Notes: a model not told the origin generated them from the sequence alone. 64,000 bases of DNA from Selaginella moellendorffii (GCF_000143415.4 NW_003314372.1:402053-466052), one strand, 5' to 3'. Positions 11,213-25,280 are shown, numbered from the stretch's first letter. Program-made: numbers and translations.

Positions 11213-13659
11213 TGTGAGACACAAAATCCCTAGGCCCCAAAGTGGAGCCGGAAGGGCGCCACATGGTAGTGGCCGAAGCGAGAGCCAAACGAGCGTAACA
11301 CGTTTGGACCAAAAGCTCCGACTTGAAAAGTCAAGAGCGGGAGTGGAACTCCCAACGAAGTGCTCGAGGAACGAGCACGAAGCGAGCAAAAGGCAAGGCT
11401 CCAAAAAGGGACCCAAAAGGACCAACACATGACACGTGGGAGTGTCCGAGATGGACTCGAGATGGAGTCTGAAGTGGAGTCCAAGATGGACCCGAGTTGG
11501 AGTCCGAAGTGGAGTCCGAGATGGACCCCAGATGGAGTCCGAGATGGAGTCCGAGATGGAGTCCGAGATGGAGTCCGAGGTGGACCCGAGATGGACCCGA
11601 GTTGGAGTCTGAAGTGGAGTCCGAGATGGACCCGAGATGGAGTCCGAGATGGAGTCCGAGATGGAGTCCGAGGTGGACCCGAGATGGACCCGAAATGGAG
11701 TCCGAGATGGAGTCTGAGATGGACCCGAGATGGAGTCCGAGATGGAGTCTGAGATGGACCCGAGATGGAGTCCGAGATGGAGTCCGAGGTGGACCCGAGA
11801 TGGACCCGAAATGGAGTCCGAGATGGAGTCCGAGATGGACCCGAGATGGAGTCCGAGATGGAGTCCGAAGTCGAGACCGAGACCGGAACCGAGACTGGGA
11901 CCGAGACCGGGACCGAGACCGAGACCGAGATCGGGACCGAGACCAAGACCGAGGCCGAGGCCAAGACCGAGACCGAGCCTGAGTCCGAGTCCGAATCCGA
12001 ATCCGAGTCCGAGTCCGAGTCCGAGTCCGAGTCCAAGTCCGAGTCCGGAGCCTGAGAGGGTGAAAGCCCAAAGCGTTCGTCTCCCAGACCCTGGGGGGTT
12101 TGGTGAGCTCCAAAAGTATAGTAGGGGGAGGACTGCAGTGGAGCCAGTTTGGCCAGGAAAGGCCAGTTTGGCCCAGGAAGGCCGGACCCAGTGTTGGGTG
12201 ATGAGCTGCCCACTGGGAAGTCCAAGACTAGAGTGAACACGGACCGACAAGCGGGGTAGCTTGGTGAAGTGTTCAAGAAGGGACCCAAAAGGACCAACAC
12301 ATGACACGTGGGAGTGTCCGAGATGGACTCGAGATGGAGTCTGAAGTGGAGTCCGAGATGGACCCAAAATGGAGTCTGAGATGGAGTCCGAGATGGACCC
12401 GAGATGGAGTCCGAGATGGAGTCCGAGATGGACCCGAGATGGACCCGAGATGGAGTCCGAGATGGAGTCCGAGATGGAGTCCGAAGTCGAGACCGAGACC
12501 GGAACCGAGACCGGGACCGAGACCGAGACCGAGACCGAGATCGGGACCGAGACCGAGACCGAGGCCGAGGCCAAGACCGAGCCCGAGCCCGAGTCCGAGT
12601 CCGAATCCGAGTCCGAGTCCAAGTCCGAGTCCGAATCCGAGTCCGAGTCCGAGTCCGGAGCCTGAGAGGGTGAAAGCCCAAAGCGTTCGTCTCCCAGACC
12701 CTGGGGGGTTTGGTGAGCTCCAAAAGTATAGTAGGGGGAGGACTGCAGTGGAGCCAGTTTGGCCAGGAAAGGCCAGTTTGGCCCAGGAAGGCCGGACCCA
12801 GTGTTGGGTGATGAGCTGCCCACTGGGAAGTCCAAGACTAGAGTGAACACGGACCGACAAGCGGGGTAGCTTGGTGAAGTGTTCAAGAGCCGGCTCTAGT
12901 TCCCCCGGGAGATCGACTGGCCGATGCTCCCAATCCAAGTGTGGGTGGCACTACCTACTTGGATACCTGGTGTGGCTCAACGGAACCCGCTCTAAGCCCA
13001 TGGCTAGAGCACCCAAGGGCAGAAGGCGAGGAGAGTACCCAGGTGGCTCGCGTAAGGCCACGGTGTTCCGAAATGTTGTCCCAAAGGCCCAGATTGTGGA
13101 AAGGAAGAGGAGCAGTCCTCTGGGGTAGTGACCAAGGACACAGTCGTGTGGTGAGGAAGTCCCAAAGGACTGTGGGACTTAGTGGTCGGGCCTGTGGGTC
13201 TCGATCCAGTGGCAGTGTTAGCAAACACGACCAGGGGCAGAAAGGGACTTAGTGGGGACTGACAGAGGGATATTGGGGAAGGCTATCTCCTTGTCGGTGG
13301 GCATCCTAAGGATGCTAAGGAGTGGATCTGAGATGACCACTCATGGATGGTTTGCCTAGTCTTGGAGAGCCAAGACTGTGATGCAAGTGGTATTGGACTA
13401 CCAGTGTGGCAAAGGTGATTGGGCATGGCCTTAGCGTAACGGGCTGCTATGTCGGTGGTACCTTTGAGTGTCAGTCATGGGATCGGACACGTGGAGCACT
13501 TGGACCAAGTGCAAATGTTGAGTGGCATGGATGCCATTCTCGGGGCTAGCAAGTCCCAAGTCCTAGATTGGACTTATGGAGGTTGTGAATGAGACTCCTC
13601 CAAGTGGTCAGAAGTGTGGTTAAGTGACTAAAGTAGAATGGAAATTTTAGTCGCTTACA
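11213..13659 (+). repeat. A1 3' LTR with an internal tandem duplication (11407-12278 / 12279-12888)
   Basis: TG...CA ends. The segment from AGGGACCCAAAAGG to GTTCAAGA occurs twice. Confidence 0.9.
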
Positions 13660-16600
13660 AGTACTTGCACTCGGTCTCGCACTCGATCTCGGACTTGATC
13701 TTGGACCTGACTTTGGACTTGGTCTCAGGCTCAATCTCGGACTCAATCTTGGATTTGACCTCAAACTCGATCTCAAACTCGACCTCGGACTCGATCTTGG
13801 ACTCAATCTCGGACCCGGTCTTGGAGTCGGCCTCGGAATCGGTCCCAGACTCTATCTCGAATTCAGTCTCCGAGTCAGTCTTGGACTCGATCTCAGACTT
13901 AATCCCTTCCGATGAACTGTTTGTCATTTTGGTTGTGCTTTCGGGGATCCTTTAGCCCACAACACCTCGGGGAGTTGGTTCCTTATAACTCCACCACCCA
14001 TAGAAGAAGTTAAATGCCCACATCGAACATCTCTTTTTAATCCTACGACTTGTTGACCATGTCTTCGAGGGCATCCCCACACTTAGCGGTATGCCAAAAT
14101 TAGCCTCCCTGGGCAAAAGCCCATGACAACGGAATATAGGTGTCCCTATACCCCTCACCTCACCATGCCCTAGTATGGGGTTGGGATTTAAACCCAACCT
14201 TGCTTTACTAAGGGGTTAGAACTTGAACCCAACCTCCATAGAATACATCTACGAATTTGATATCCCCGGGTGTAGTTTCTTACACCTGGTTGACCTAGCT
14301 AACCCATGTTAATTAGCTTACCTTTGGCATGCCTTCAGGTCCCAATATATGCCATTGCTCAACTTCACCAATTGATACTTTTAATTAAACTTTGCATAAG
14401 TACATAGAGTTCTACTTTGCTGAAATTCCTCCACTAGATCTCACACATTTGCTACGTTCCCATGTCGCTTTGCAGTGCAAAAATCCTTTTCACTTCTTAT
14501 GGAACTCTCTCACCTTGTGTCCTTGTCACTTGCTCTTGCATGCATTGAGGATGGCCCCGACTTCGTATTCCTCTTCCCCTTGGATAATCTCAAGTAAAGT
14601 CTCACTTGGTCATTGCATAGCAGATCCTCAAAGTATGGCTTGAGTAAGTTTAAATGGAACACTGGGTGCATCTTCCCTATTTCTCAAGGAAGTCAGAGGC
14701 AATAAGCCACTTTACCAATTCGTGCCTCAATCTCATAATGCCGCGTGAACCTGCTTAAGGAACTCAAGATCAGGTCATCTCCAAGAATACATGCATTTTT
14801 ACCTTTAGGTCAACTTCCAGCTGATCCCACTTGGTAGCCTTAGGTTCTTGGTGTTCAGCCACACCTTTTCCCCAGGTTGGAACTCTACATCCCAGTGCTT
14901 CTGGTTCGCATACTTGGTTTGCATTTGTTGAGCCCATTCCAAGGAATCCCTCACTAGATTCCAAATGTTCAATTTTTCTGTCATGAATGCCTCCACTACA
15001 GGTAACTCTCCATGATACTCAACCACACCGAGTTCCACAGGAACTTCAATAGCTTGCCCATTGACCATTGATGACTTCCCATGGACTCACCTGGATACTC
15101 GAGTGTGGTGAGTTGTTATAGCACATTTCCGCAAGTCCCAAATGACTTACCCAATCGGTCTGGTCTCCCGAGACATAGCATCACAAATAATCCTCGAGCT
15201 GCCTATTCACCCTTTTTGTTTGTCTATCTGTCTAGAAGTGTTAATGCCATCAACCTTGACTTAATACCCAATACCTGTCTGTGGGTGATAGGCTGTGCTG
15301 AATTTCANNNNNNNNNNNNNNNNNNNNNNNNNNNNNNNNNNNNNNNNNNNNNNNNNNNNNNNNNNNNNNNNNNNNNNNNNNNNNNNNNNNNNNNNNNNNN
15401 NNNNNNNGACATTTTACCACACCTTCCACATCTACTTCCATTGTGGTGGGTATGAATTGTGCCATCCTTTAAAATCGGTCCACCACCACGAATATCACAT
15501 CAAACCCCTCACTTAGGGGGAATCCCGTGATGAAGTCCACCGTAAGACATTTCCACGGACGATCTGGAATTGGGATGCTTTTCAACAAGCCCCCACTAGC
15601 CTTAATCACGGCTTTGACCTGCTGACATATTAGACATGTCTTTACATAGTGTTAGACTTCCTTAGCCATATTTGGCCAGTGATACTTCCTCTTGAGTAAG
15701 CCCATCATCTTGGGCACTCTACTATGTCCCGCAAGAGGTCCGTCGTGACATTCTTCTAAGGCTATCTTCCTTAGTTCTCCTTCTGGAACATACACTCTCG
15801 TTTGTTTATAATAGATGAGTTCATTGCGTTCTGCATAATCTGTTTTCTCTTCCGTTGGCGGCTCACCTCTTTGATGAGCTTCTCGCACCTCTTGGTTCCT
15901 CAGCAACACTTCTTGTGTTAGACCATCATTCTCATATGGTGTTTGCACATCATCCCAAAATGTTGCTGTTGCACTAGATAGCGTGAACTTTAAGCTTGCC
16001 TTTTGACTTAGAGCATCCACAATGATGTTGCTCTTTCTAGGTTTATACAGAATCTTACAATCAAACTTAGCCAAAGCATTGGCCCACCAACCTTGTTTCC
16101 CTCTTATGTCAGGCTCTGACAAGAAGTGTTTTGTTGCCACATTATCTGTGTAAACTTTAAAGTGCCTCCCAAGGTAGTGTCGCCACTCCTTGAGCACCTT
16201 GACCACCACAAATAATTCCTTCTCGTGGGCAGGCCACTTTCGCTGAGCCTTATCCAACTTCTTCGAGAAGAACGGCACTTTATGGTTGTCTTGCTTCAAA
16301 ACTACGCCCAACGCAAAGTCTGAAGCATCTGTTTCTACCTCAAAGTCCTTACCAAAGTCTAGTAATGCTAACATGGGAGTCTTCCTCAACTTCCCTTTGA
16401 GGTGGATAAATGCTACCTCGCATTTTGCTATCCATACCATCTTCCCTTTACACGTTTGGTCTGTTAAGGGCAGTGTTAATCTCAAATAGTGTTTAATAAA
16501 CTTTTGGTAGTAGTTGCATAGCCCTAAGAACGCCCTCAACTCATGTACATTTGATGGTTGCTCCCATTTCTGGATCACTTGGACCATCTTAGAGTCCACC

Positions 16601-16672
16601 TTTAGCATGTCCTTGCCCACCACATGCCCAAGAAACTTTACCTCTTGTTGAGCAAAGTTACATTTGCTCTCT
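13660..16672 (-). mobile_element. Decayed family B copy B2 (3' half of pol, 3' UTR, PPT and 3' LTR; the LTR continues at ~203-263 beyond the A1 insertion)
   Basis: ORF 15652-16623 is a diverged copy of the B1 RT-RH-INT region. The chromodomain region is disrupted. The PPT complement ACTCCACCACCCAT is at 13988-14001 and the LTR starts at 13987. Confidence 0.9.
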
Positions 16673-19600
16673 TGAGCAAAGTTCTCTACTTGAGGGCACC
16701 CTCATCCTCTTTTCTATTTTTGTGCCACCATTGGCATTACGTTCCATTTATCATTATTTGTGCTAGGGCTGTCCACGGCCCTATCTTTTGGCTACTTAGT
16801 TGCTCCCTCACTTGGAGCCTTTCCTTTGCCAAATTGGAGCACTTGGGAATCCATCCTTCCAAGTCCACTTCTTTTTCCGCAATTCGTTAGCATCAAACAC
16901 ATTAGTGTTCCTTGGCTAACTTTGCCACTTGGATTCTTTCCAATGGATTCCATGGCCCTATCTTGGGCGCTCGTCTTTTGCTCCTATCCTTGGATTGTTG
17001 CACCAAGCAACATAGGATCGCTACCTCCATTTTTGAGGTTTCCTTTTGGTTCCATAGCAAACACTTTGCTTTGCCAAGTCCAAAGGGTGTTCACCCCTAG
17101 TACGTCTCTTTAATATTTTCTGTCGTGGGCTCTATCCACGGCCCAACTTTTTGAGACCCTCCCTTGGCTCTTTTATAGAGACTACTTTCCTTGGACTTAC
17201 TATGCCATAGCATTGACATAGCTCATTTCCCTTAGGTGTGCTTCCCACTTGGTCACCTCAACCAAGCCACACCTTCATTAATGGTTCAAATCAACACTTT
17301 TGAACTAGGAATCATATTCCTTAACCCAAACAAAGACTTTATCCTTGTTTTAGCCACAAGATCACCTAGTGATCTTACCTTGACCCCTTAATAGGTCTAT
17401 CAATAGGGACTAGGTCTTCCAGACCCTTCTAAGTTGTTGACTATGACCCCGGGGGCATCCCCACACTTGGCGGTGCGCCCAAGCCAGCCCTTCTGGCCAA
17501 GGATCCATAGCAACTGAGACTTGGGTGTCCCCATCTCATTCACCACGTCCTTGGTGCACTTTGCACCAAAGTGTTCAAGTTAGATATGCCGAGCTTTCAG
17601 TCTAAGCAATCTAACCGTGCATCACGACTCCGAGGCATCCCTCGCTTGGCGGTGTGCCCAAACCAGTCTCCTCACTGAGAGTCCATGACCACCAAAATAT
17701 GAGTGTCCTCATATTCCAAACCATCACCACGCCCTAGTGATTTGGGACTCGAACCCAAGCACTAGAGGGTCAGGACTCGAACCCAACCTCCGTATATGCA
17801 TCTACAGACGGCATCACCCAGGATGCCTGGCGTGACTCCCCACGCCGGTGCACCAACTTATACTCAAAGTGCGCTATAGATCACAGCTTAGGAACCTAGT
17901 TCCTCCACATTGCCAAGTCCTCTCACTTAACAAGTCTGTGATCATGCATGGACTCCTCCATGCTTGGCCCCATGGCCCACCCTTTTTGAAGTTATCACCT
18001 TCAACTAGGGTATTTGTTACCCTGACTTGCCAATCTCGCTTTGGCAAGTCCTCCGACCACTGTAACATGGTTCCTGCACAAGCGTGAAAGCCCTTGATCA
18101 TCGACTTTCGTTCAAAGCCCTCTCTTTGAACACTCGGGAACTACTTCCTTAACCTTGATAGCCTTGCCTCATGGCAAGCTTCAAGACCACGCTTCTACTG
18201 CGCCACTCTGATTTCGCGCGTGCTTTGAACCATTTACACTTGGCCTTTCTAGGTACTAAGCTACCTAGAATCATCTTTGGGAACCTTGAAGGAACCCTGT
18301 CCCTTAGCTTGCTAAGGCCTCCCTTTGTGCAAGCTTTCCAATTACCATATAGTCTAACATGGACAATTCCATATTTTAGACTCTCCATGGCATCACGGTT
18401 GCTAGCGGCAACACCCTCGAGCCCCCACTTGATTCTCCACTCCCAGCTGGCATAACTACCCTTGGTTATGCCCTTCGATTCCTATGGTTTGGTTCTATCC
18501 CCTTACTACTTGCTTTTGGCTTCACACCTTTCCTTCGGTCATTCTCCTCTCGACTAGGAGGATAGCTTTGCACTTTCTATCATGCCTTAGCAAGTATTCT
18601 TAGGGATGAACCTACCCGATAGCCTAGGGAGTGGTTCCTCAATCCAGGTATGCTCACCCTATAATCCCACACACCGAGATTACGTTGTTGCTTATGGGCC
18701 TTTACATGCCCATCGCTAGCCTTGCCAAAATTCCATTTTTGGCTTTGTCCAATTCGAGTAGACAGTCTTCTCCTGTCTCCGCCACCTTGGACATTTGGGA
18801 TAGCACCTTCTATCCATCATTTGCTAGGGACTTAGTCCCTTGGGCCTTATCTATTGCCCTCGCGACATCAAACACCACCTCTTGGTGTTCTAGAGTGTTC
18901 GGGTGTCCCAATGACGGCTTCCTTGACAATGAGTATTTTCTTTCATGACATTGACTTATTATATCGCAACATAAGCAATTTATCCCCCGTAAGGGTATAT
19001 CCAACTTCCTTATGCCATTAAGAAGGCTTGGGTAGCTACCTTCTACCCGTTTAACCAATTATTTTGCACCTCTTGCTTAATTGCCTCATAATTGTCAAGT
19101 CCTACAACTCATTGCTGGTGCTTCCACACCTCCATCATTATCTGGGTCACCACACTCCAACTGCATGCTCTGCAGCTTAGGCTATGCTATTCCCATTTCC
19201 ATTGGGATTCCTTTGGCAAGGGGTTCTCATGAACCCACTAACAAAGTGTCTCAAAGTATCACAGTAAGTATAGCCTCAAAGTATCACACCTTGGCACATT
19301 TGGTGTCTCCACACCATCGGCTCCACGAGCCTACCTCTATGACACTTCTTCTTTGTGTCTAAGTCTTTGCTAAGACCAATATAGTTGTTCCTCATGCTAA
19401 CTATCCGTTAGCACCACACCATAGAGTTTGCACCCAAATCTGGGCCAAAGTTGCTTTCTTCTGGGAATATCTTTAACACAACTTTAGTATGGCACATTCT
19501 GCCATCGATGAGATACCCTCTATTCTCATCTTTGGATCCTATGATCCCCCCCATCCTTTGTGGGGTACCACACACTTCAGTCCAAATGCTTCCATCAATC

Positions 19601-22183
19601 CTTTAGGATTATTCCTTGACTCTATTGGAATCATCCAGTTTTTTGAACTTTGTCATCCGACGACCCATGAGGTCCTTTGAGGTGCCAGCTCATTGGAATA
19701 CAACTTCTTGTATTCAGGTCCTACTCACAAGGACCATCTTTGCAAGTGTTACTCCGACACTTGATTTGTTCTCTTGGGGCAACCTTTTGCCTCTTAGGAC
19801 CACTTGTCCATGTGATGAGAATACCAACTCATCCTCTAAGTACATCCCCAACTCCTTGGGTTGTTCCAACATTTATCAAGGGTAACCTCAGCTACCATTT
19901 CGAGGACTTGTGTCCTCTCCTATATTTGACCTCCCATGGTCATCAATTCCGGTCTCAAAGGTATGAGCACCGGCCTCAACTATATGAGGGTAATCTTGTG
20001 ACTCCTTTATTATTTTGGAGTCTACATCTTTCCCGTGATCCCAATTATAGTTGTTTACCACAACTACGTTAGCCCGTTTGCTGCATCAAACGCTCATCTG
20101 GATCACATCCTCAGCTCTCTGAGGAAACCTTATACTGTTCCTAAGATCCCAAAGTCGTTCTATTATTGGCCCTTTTCTATCCACCATATCGTGCCCAAGT
20201 TCACGCATGAACTTGAGTGGAGAGCCATGTCCTCTCGACATGCTACTCCTCAAGGATAGGCCCACTCCTAGGACCTTCCAATGCCAACATCAATGGTGAT
20301 ATATTTGAGCACCAATAAAAGTCGGACTAAGGAACAGCTCCGATACTAAGTTGTAAGTGACTAAATTTTCCATTCTACTTTAGTCACTTAACCACACCTC
20401 CGACCACTTGGAGGAGTCTCATTCACAACCTCCATCAGTCCAATTCAGGACTTGGGACTTGGTAGCCCCAAGAATGGCATCCATGCCACTCAACACTTGC
20501 ACCTGGTCCAAGTGCTCCTCGTGTCCGGTCCCAAGACCGACACCCAAAGGTACCACTGACATCTCGGCCCGTTACGCTAAGGCCATGCCCATTCACCTTT
20601 GCTGCACTAGTGGTCCAATACCACTTGCATCACAATCCCGTCTCTCCAAGACTGGGCCATCTGTCCACGAGTGGTCATCCTAGATCCACTCCTTAGCATC
20701 TTTAGGATGCCCACAGACCTGGGGAATTGCCGTCCCCAAAGTCCCTGTGTTAGTTCCTACCAAGTCCCTTTCTGCCCCTGGCCGTGTTTGCCAACACTGC
20801 CACTGGATCGAGGTCCACAGGCCCGACCCCTAAGTCCCATGGTCCTCCGGGACTTCCTCACCACACGACTGTGTCCTTGGTCACTACCCTAGAGGACTGC
20901 TCCTCTTCCTTTCCACAGTCTAGGCCTTTGGGACAACATTTCGGAACACCGTGGCCTTACGCGAGCCACCTGGGTACTCTCCCCGCCTTTCGCCTTTAGG
21001 TGCTCTAGCCATGGGCTTAGAGCGAGGTTCCGTTGAGCCACGCCTGGTATCCAAGTAGGTAGTGCCACCCACACTTGGACTGGGAGCATCGGCCAGTCGA
21101 TCTCCCGGGGGAACTAGAGCCGGCTCTTGAACACTTCACCAAGCTACCCTGCTTGTCGGTCCGTATTCACTCTAGTCTTGGACTTCCCAGTGGTCAGTTC
21201 ATCACCCAACACTGGGTCCGGCCTTCCTGGGCCAAACTGGCCTTTCCTGGCCAAACTGGCTCCACTGCAGTCCTCCCCCTACTATACTTTTGGAGCTCAC
21301 CAAACCCCCCAGGGTCTGGGAGACAAACGCTTTGGGCTTTCACCCTCTCAGACTCGAACTCGGACTCGGACTCGAACTCGGACTCAGACTCAGACTCGGA
21401 CTCGGACTCGGACTCGGACTCGGACTCGGGCTCGGGCTCGGTCTCGGTCTCAGCCATGGCCTCGGTCTCGGTCTCGGTCCCGGTCCCGGTCTCGGTCTCG
21501 GTCCCGGTCCCGGTCTCGGTCTCGGTCTCGGTCTCGATCTCGGTCCCGGTCTCGGTCTCGACCTCGGACTCCATCTCGGGACCTTCTCGGGCTCCATCTC
21601 GGACTCCATCTTAGACTCCGTCTCGATCCATCTCGGAATCCACCTCGGACTCCATATCGGACTCCGTCTCGGTCCATCTCGGACTCCATCTCGGGTCCAT
21701 CTCGGACTCCGTCTCAGTCCACCTCGGACTCCATCTCGGACTCCATCTCAGACTCCATCTCGGGTGCATCTTGGACTCCGTCTCGGTCCACCTCGGACTC
21801 CACTTCGGGTCCATCTCGGACTCCATATCGGACTCCATCTTGGACTCCACTTCGGGTCCATCTCGGACTCCATATCGGACTCCATCTCGGACTCCACTTC
21901 GGACTCCATATCGGACTCCAACTAGGGTCCGCCTCAGACTCCATCTCGAACACTTCCACGTGTCATGTGTTAGTCCTTTTTGGGTCCCTTTTTGGAGCCT
22001 CGCTTATTGCTCGCTTCATGCTATTTCCTCGAGCACTTTGTTGGGAGTTCCACTCCCGCTCTCAACCTTCCAAGTTGGAGCTTTTAGTCCAAATGTGTTA
22101 CGCTCGTTTGGCTTTCGCTTCGGCCACTACCACATGGCACCCTTCCAGCTCCACTTTGGGGCCTAGGGATTTTGTGTCTCACA
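16673..22183 (-). mobile_element. Family A copy A3 (5' LTR 20352-22183, mutated PBS 20337-20348, interior truncated and fused to B2 pol)
   Basis: Reverse complement of the A LTR and interior. It is inserted in the RT region of Gypsy D1. Confidence 0.9.
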
Positions 22184-24600
22184 ATATCATCTAACATGCA
22201 ACATCGGCATTTTGTCCTTCATGGTCTTCTCGTTCAAGGCATGGTAGTCAATCCACACAACCTCATTGAACTGTCCTTTTTTTTTACAAGCAAAACCGGG
22301 GCACCAAACGGAGACTTACCTAGTTGAATAAATTAAAACTCAAGTAACTCTTTGACTTGTTATTAAACTTCTTGCTCCTCCGCATAACTTAACCGAAATG
22401 GACATCGATAAATTGGCTGCATCCTTGGCTCTAACGTAATCTCATGCTCCACACCTCATAATGGAGGCAACCCACAAGAAAGTTCAGATGGAAAAACATT
22501 AGAAAACTCATCAAGTACATCCCATATTGCTGCTTCTCCCCCACACATGCCTTGGTCTCCCAAGTCATGAACAAACAGTAAGTAACTCGAAAGTGCTTTT
22601 CCATTACGACAAGCCTGCTTCAAAGATGTAGCAGAGAGCATAACAACTGGAGGTTGAACTCCCTCTCCAAACCACACATGTTTAATGCTACTATACTCCA
22701 GCAAAACATGCTTAATACTCCACTTTATCTTTGGAAGCGCCTTCACCAACCATGGCATCCCAAGAATGAGATCCACACAATGGATATCTACGAGATAAAA
22801 AGTCTCCATAAGTGTGGTTTTGCCAACCAACACTTCCAGCCTTTTTACACAAGCATCAAAATGCTAAACAAAGGTAGTTGCACCTTCCATTGTGTATGAA
22901 AGAACTCCTCATGTGACTAGGCTATGCTCCGCAACAAACTTTGCCGAAACAAAGTTGTTATCGCTCCCACTATCCAGTAAAATCCACATTAGATGGCACG
23001 GAACATGCCGTCCAGCATTAAAGCTGATTCACGAGTATCCTTGAGCTCTATTTTGTTCCACACACAGTTGAGTTGATGAGCAATGATTGAAAGCCTCTTC
23101 TTCTGATCGAAATGGTCATCCTTGTCATCTTCATGTTGCAAAGTTTGCAACTTCTTAGTATTTGACTTACCGTCAGTAAAGGATTGGCCATTCTATTTGC
23201 TCTATTGCTTGTTCTTTAGCTGTGGACAATCAGCCTTGTAGTGTCTAAGCTTGCTACAATGATGACAGCCATGTCTATAATTCTTCATAAAGAACTTCTG
23301 GTTCTTTGAACCCTTTACATCTGAAGTAATCACCACAGATTTCAACTTGTGTGCTTGTTCCCATCCTTGTGTTCATGGCAATCATTACAATGATTCTTGA
23401 TAGAAGAACTCCGCAAACGCTTATGAGACTTGTGCTTGTCATTGTCAAGTCGATGAGCCGCATCAAAGAGCTTCTCCAAACTCTTTGTAGGCTGAGAATG
23501 ACGCAAGTGTTGCCGCATACTCTCACTATAAAGGCCATCAATGAAATAGGATCCTTTGTTAGAACACAATTAATCAAACAAGTAAGCTTCTCAATATAGT
23601 CCTCGAGCATCATTTTCCCTTGCTAGAAATGTCAAATTTCTGTGCAAGCATTCTCCACGTCGTAGTGAGGGGCAAAACATAAATGGAAAGCAACCTCAAA
23701 CTTATCCATGGTAGACACTAATGGTTTCTTATCCACAACATGAGACTCCTCAAACCAATTCCACCACTGAAGACCCACATCATGCAAAACCATTGGAATA
23801 GCCATTAAAGCCTTGACATTTGAAGTTCCCCTAGCAGCCAAGAAGTTCTTCACATTGGCTAGCCAAGCAAGACACTCGTGCACACCACCATCACCAGAAA
23901 AGGTTGGAATCTTGAGTTGATTTACCAAGGAAGGCTTACTTGGAGCGTTACTACATTTAGCCTCGAGTGCCTCAACATGCCCACGCATGGTATCCATCAT
24001 GCAATGTATCTTGTCTTGCATCTCTTGCTGATTTTGATTAAGGGCTCGCAGCTCATGAACCACATCTTGAATGGTCTAAATCTTTGCAGCTCTGTCGGCA
24101 CCATCTTCAGCACCACTATTGACAATAGGATTTTAGCATTCAGCGTGGTCGGCCATCACAACCAACTTGCCTCTGATACCAATGTTATTGTTCAGCACAA
24201 AAAGACAAAGATCTAATCTTCCTAGACTATGCTACACCTCCTCTTGAGGTTCCTCACCACCCAACCACCCCCAAGCTACCTCAAAAGCTCTATTGCGCTG
24301 CCGCTCAATTGTAAGCCCTAGTGTAGGTTAAGTTCCTTACCCTAACATGCCTTCATAAACCCTTGAGCCTCCCTTTGACTAATGTTGACCATGTGGTCAA
24401 AGCTAGCACCTAACAACATAAGTTAGAGTTAGACTATGCCTCAAGTTAGTTAGGCATGCCCAACCTATCCACTATCCCTATTATACATTTGGAACCCCCT
24501 ACAATCCCCACAGCACCCCCCCCCCCCCTCCCCCCCTTCCCCCCCTTCTTGCTACCCCTCCAAAGGAATGCCTTAGTCCCAGTAGTCAGTCTCTGGGACA
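22184..24600 (-). mobile_element. Decayed Ty3/Gypsy family D copy D1 (5' LTR from 24183, PBS, gag, protease, start of RT)
   Basis: tRNA-iMet-type PBS TGGTATCAGAG at 24171-24181 (minus). Remnants include gag (KIPTFSGD), protease (LLDSGS) and RT (IDYHALN). It is homologous to 59230-63423. The outer LTR boundary is approximate. Confidence 0.85.
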
Positions 24601-25176
24601 TTCGGACAATCACAAAAAGTTTCTAAATATGGAATGGCACAAGATTACAAATTTGGATATAGAAACAATACTATTGTGTTTAAGACAATCTCTATATTCC
24701 ATATATATGTTAAACTAACAAATCTAGACACTTTTTATAAATAGCCAATAAGACTAAATGAAACTAACACAAGAGGTATGATAGTAAAAGTCTTTGGAAA
24801 ACATAGTAAAATATCATCTGGTGATATTGAGGGATTAGTCTCAATATATTGGGGTTTTTGTCACTAGCCAATGTGAGACACAACCAAACTAGAACTCCTT
24901 ATTAGCCTAAGTATGCTTAACTAATAGCATGTAAGAATTCCATCCTTATGTTCGTCCAATCTAAGTACACTCGAAATGCCCAATTAACTCCACTAGCAGA
25001 AGAGGGATTGATAAAGGGTATAGTAATACCAACCTCCTACCATTGTGGCAATAACAAAAGAATATTCGAAAGGACTCATTGATAAGTAACTTTCAATATC
25101 ATATTCGCAATAAAAATAGATTGTCAGGATAGGTAATGACTATACTCCATTGACTAATGCTTTAGAGTTGGTGATT

Positions 25177-25280
25177 AAGCCTCTTATAGTCAAGATAGAT
25201 GCGAGTGACATTGTTGTTGGGGCCATATTGCTTTAAGATGGGCATCCCCTTGCATATAGAAGTTATAAGTTTGATGCCAC
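25177..25280 (+). pseudogene. Gypsy RNase H fragment
   Basis: Translates as KPLIVKIDASDIVVGAILL*DGHPLAYRSYKF. Confidence 0.65.

Larger units (their letters stand above)
264..13659 (+). mobile_element. Family A non-autonomous LTR element (LARD-like), copy A1, interrupted by Gypsy B1
   Basis: The 5' LTR starts TGTGAGACAC at 264. The 3' LTR spans 11213-13659 and ends GTCGCTTACA, with the PPT ATGGGTGGTGGAGT just before 11213. The flanks AGTCC (259-263) and AGTAC (13660-13664) form a 5-bp TSD with one mismatch. Interior 7974-11212 matches 30550-33767. It contains N gaps. Confidence 0.85.
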
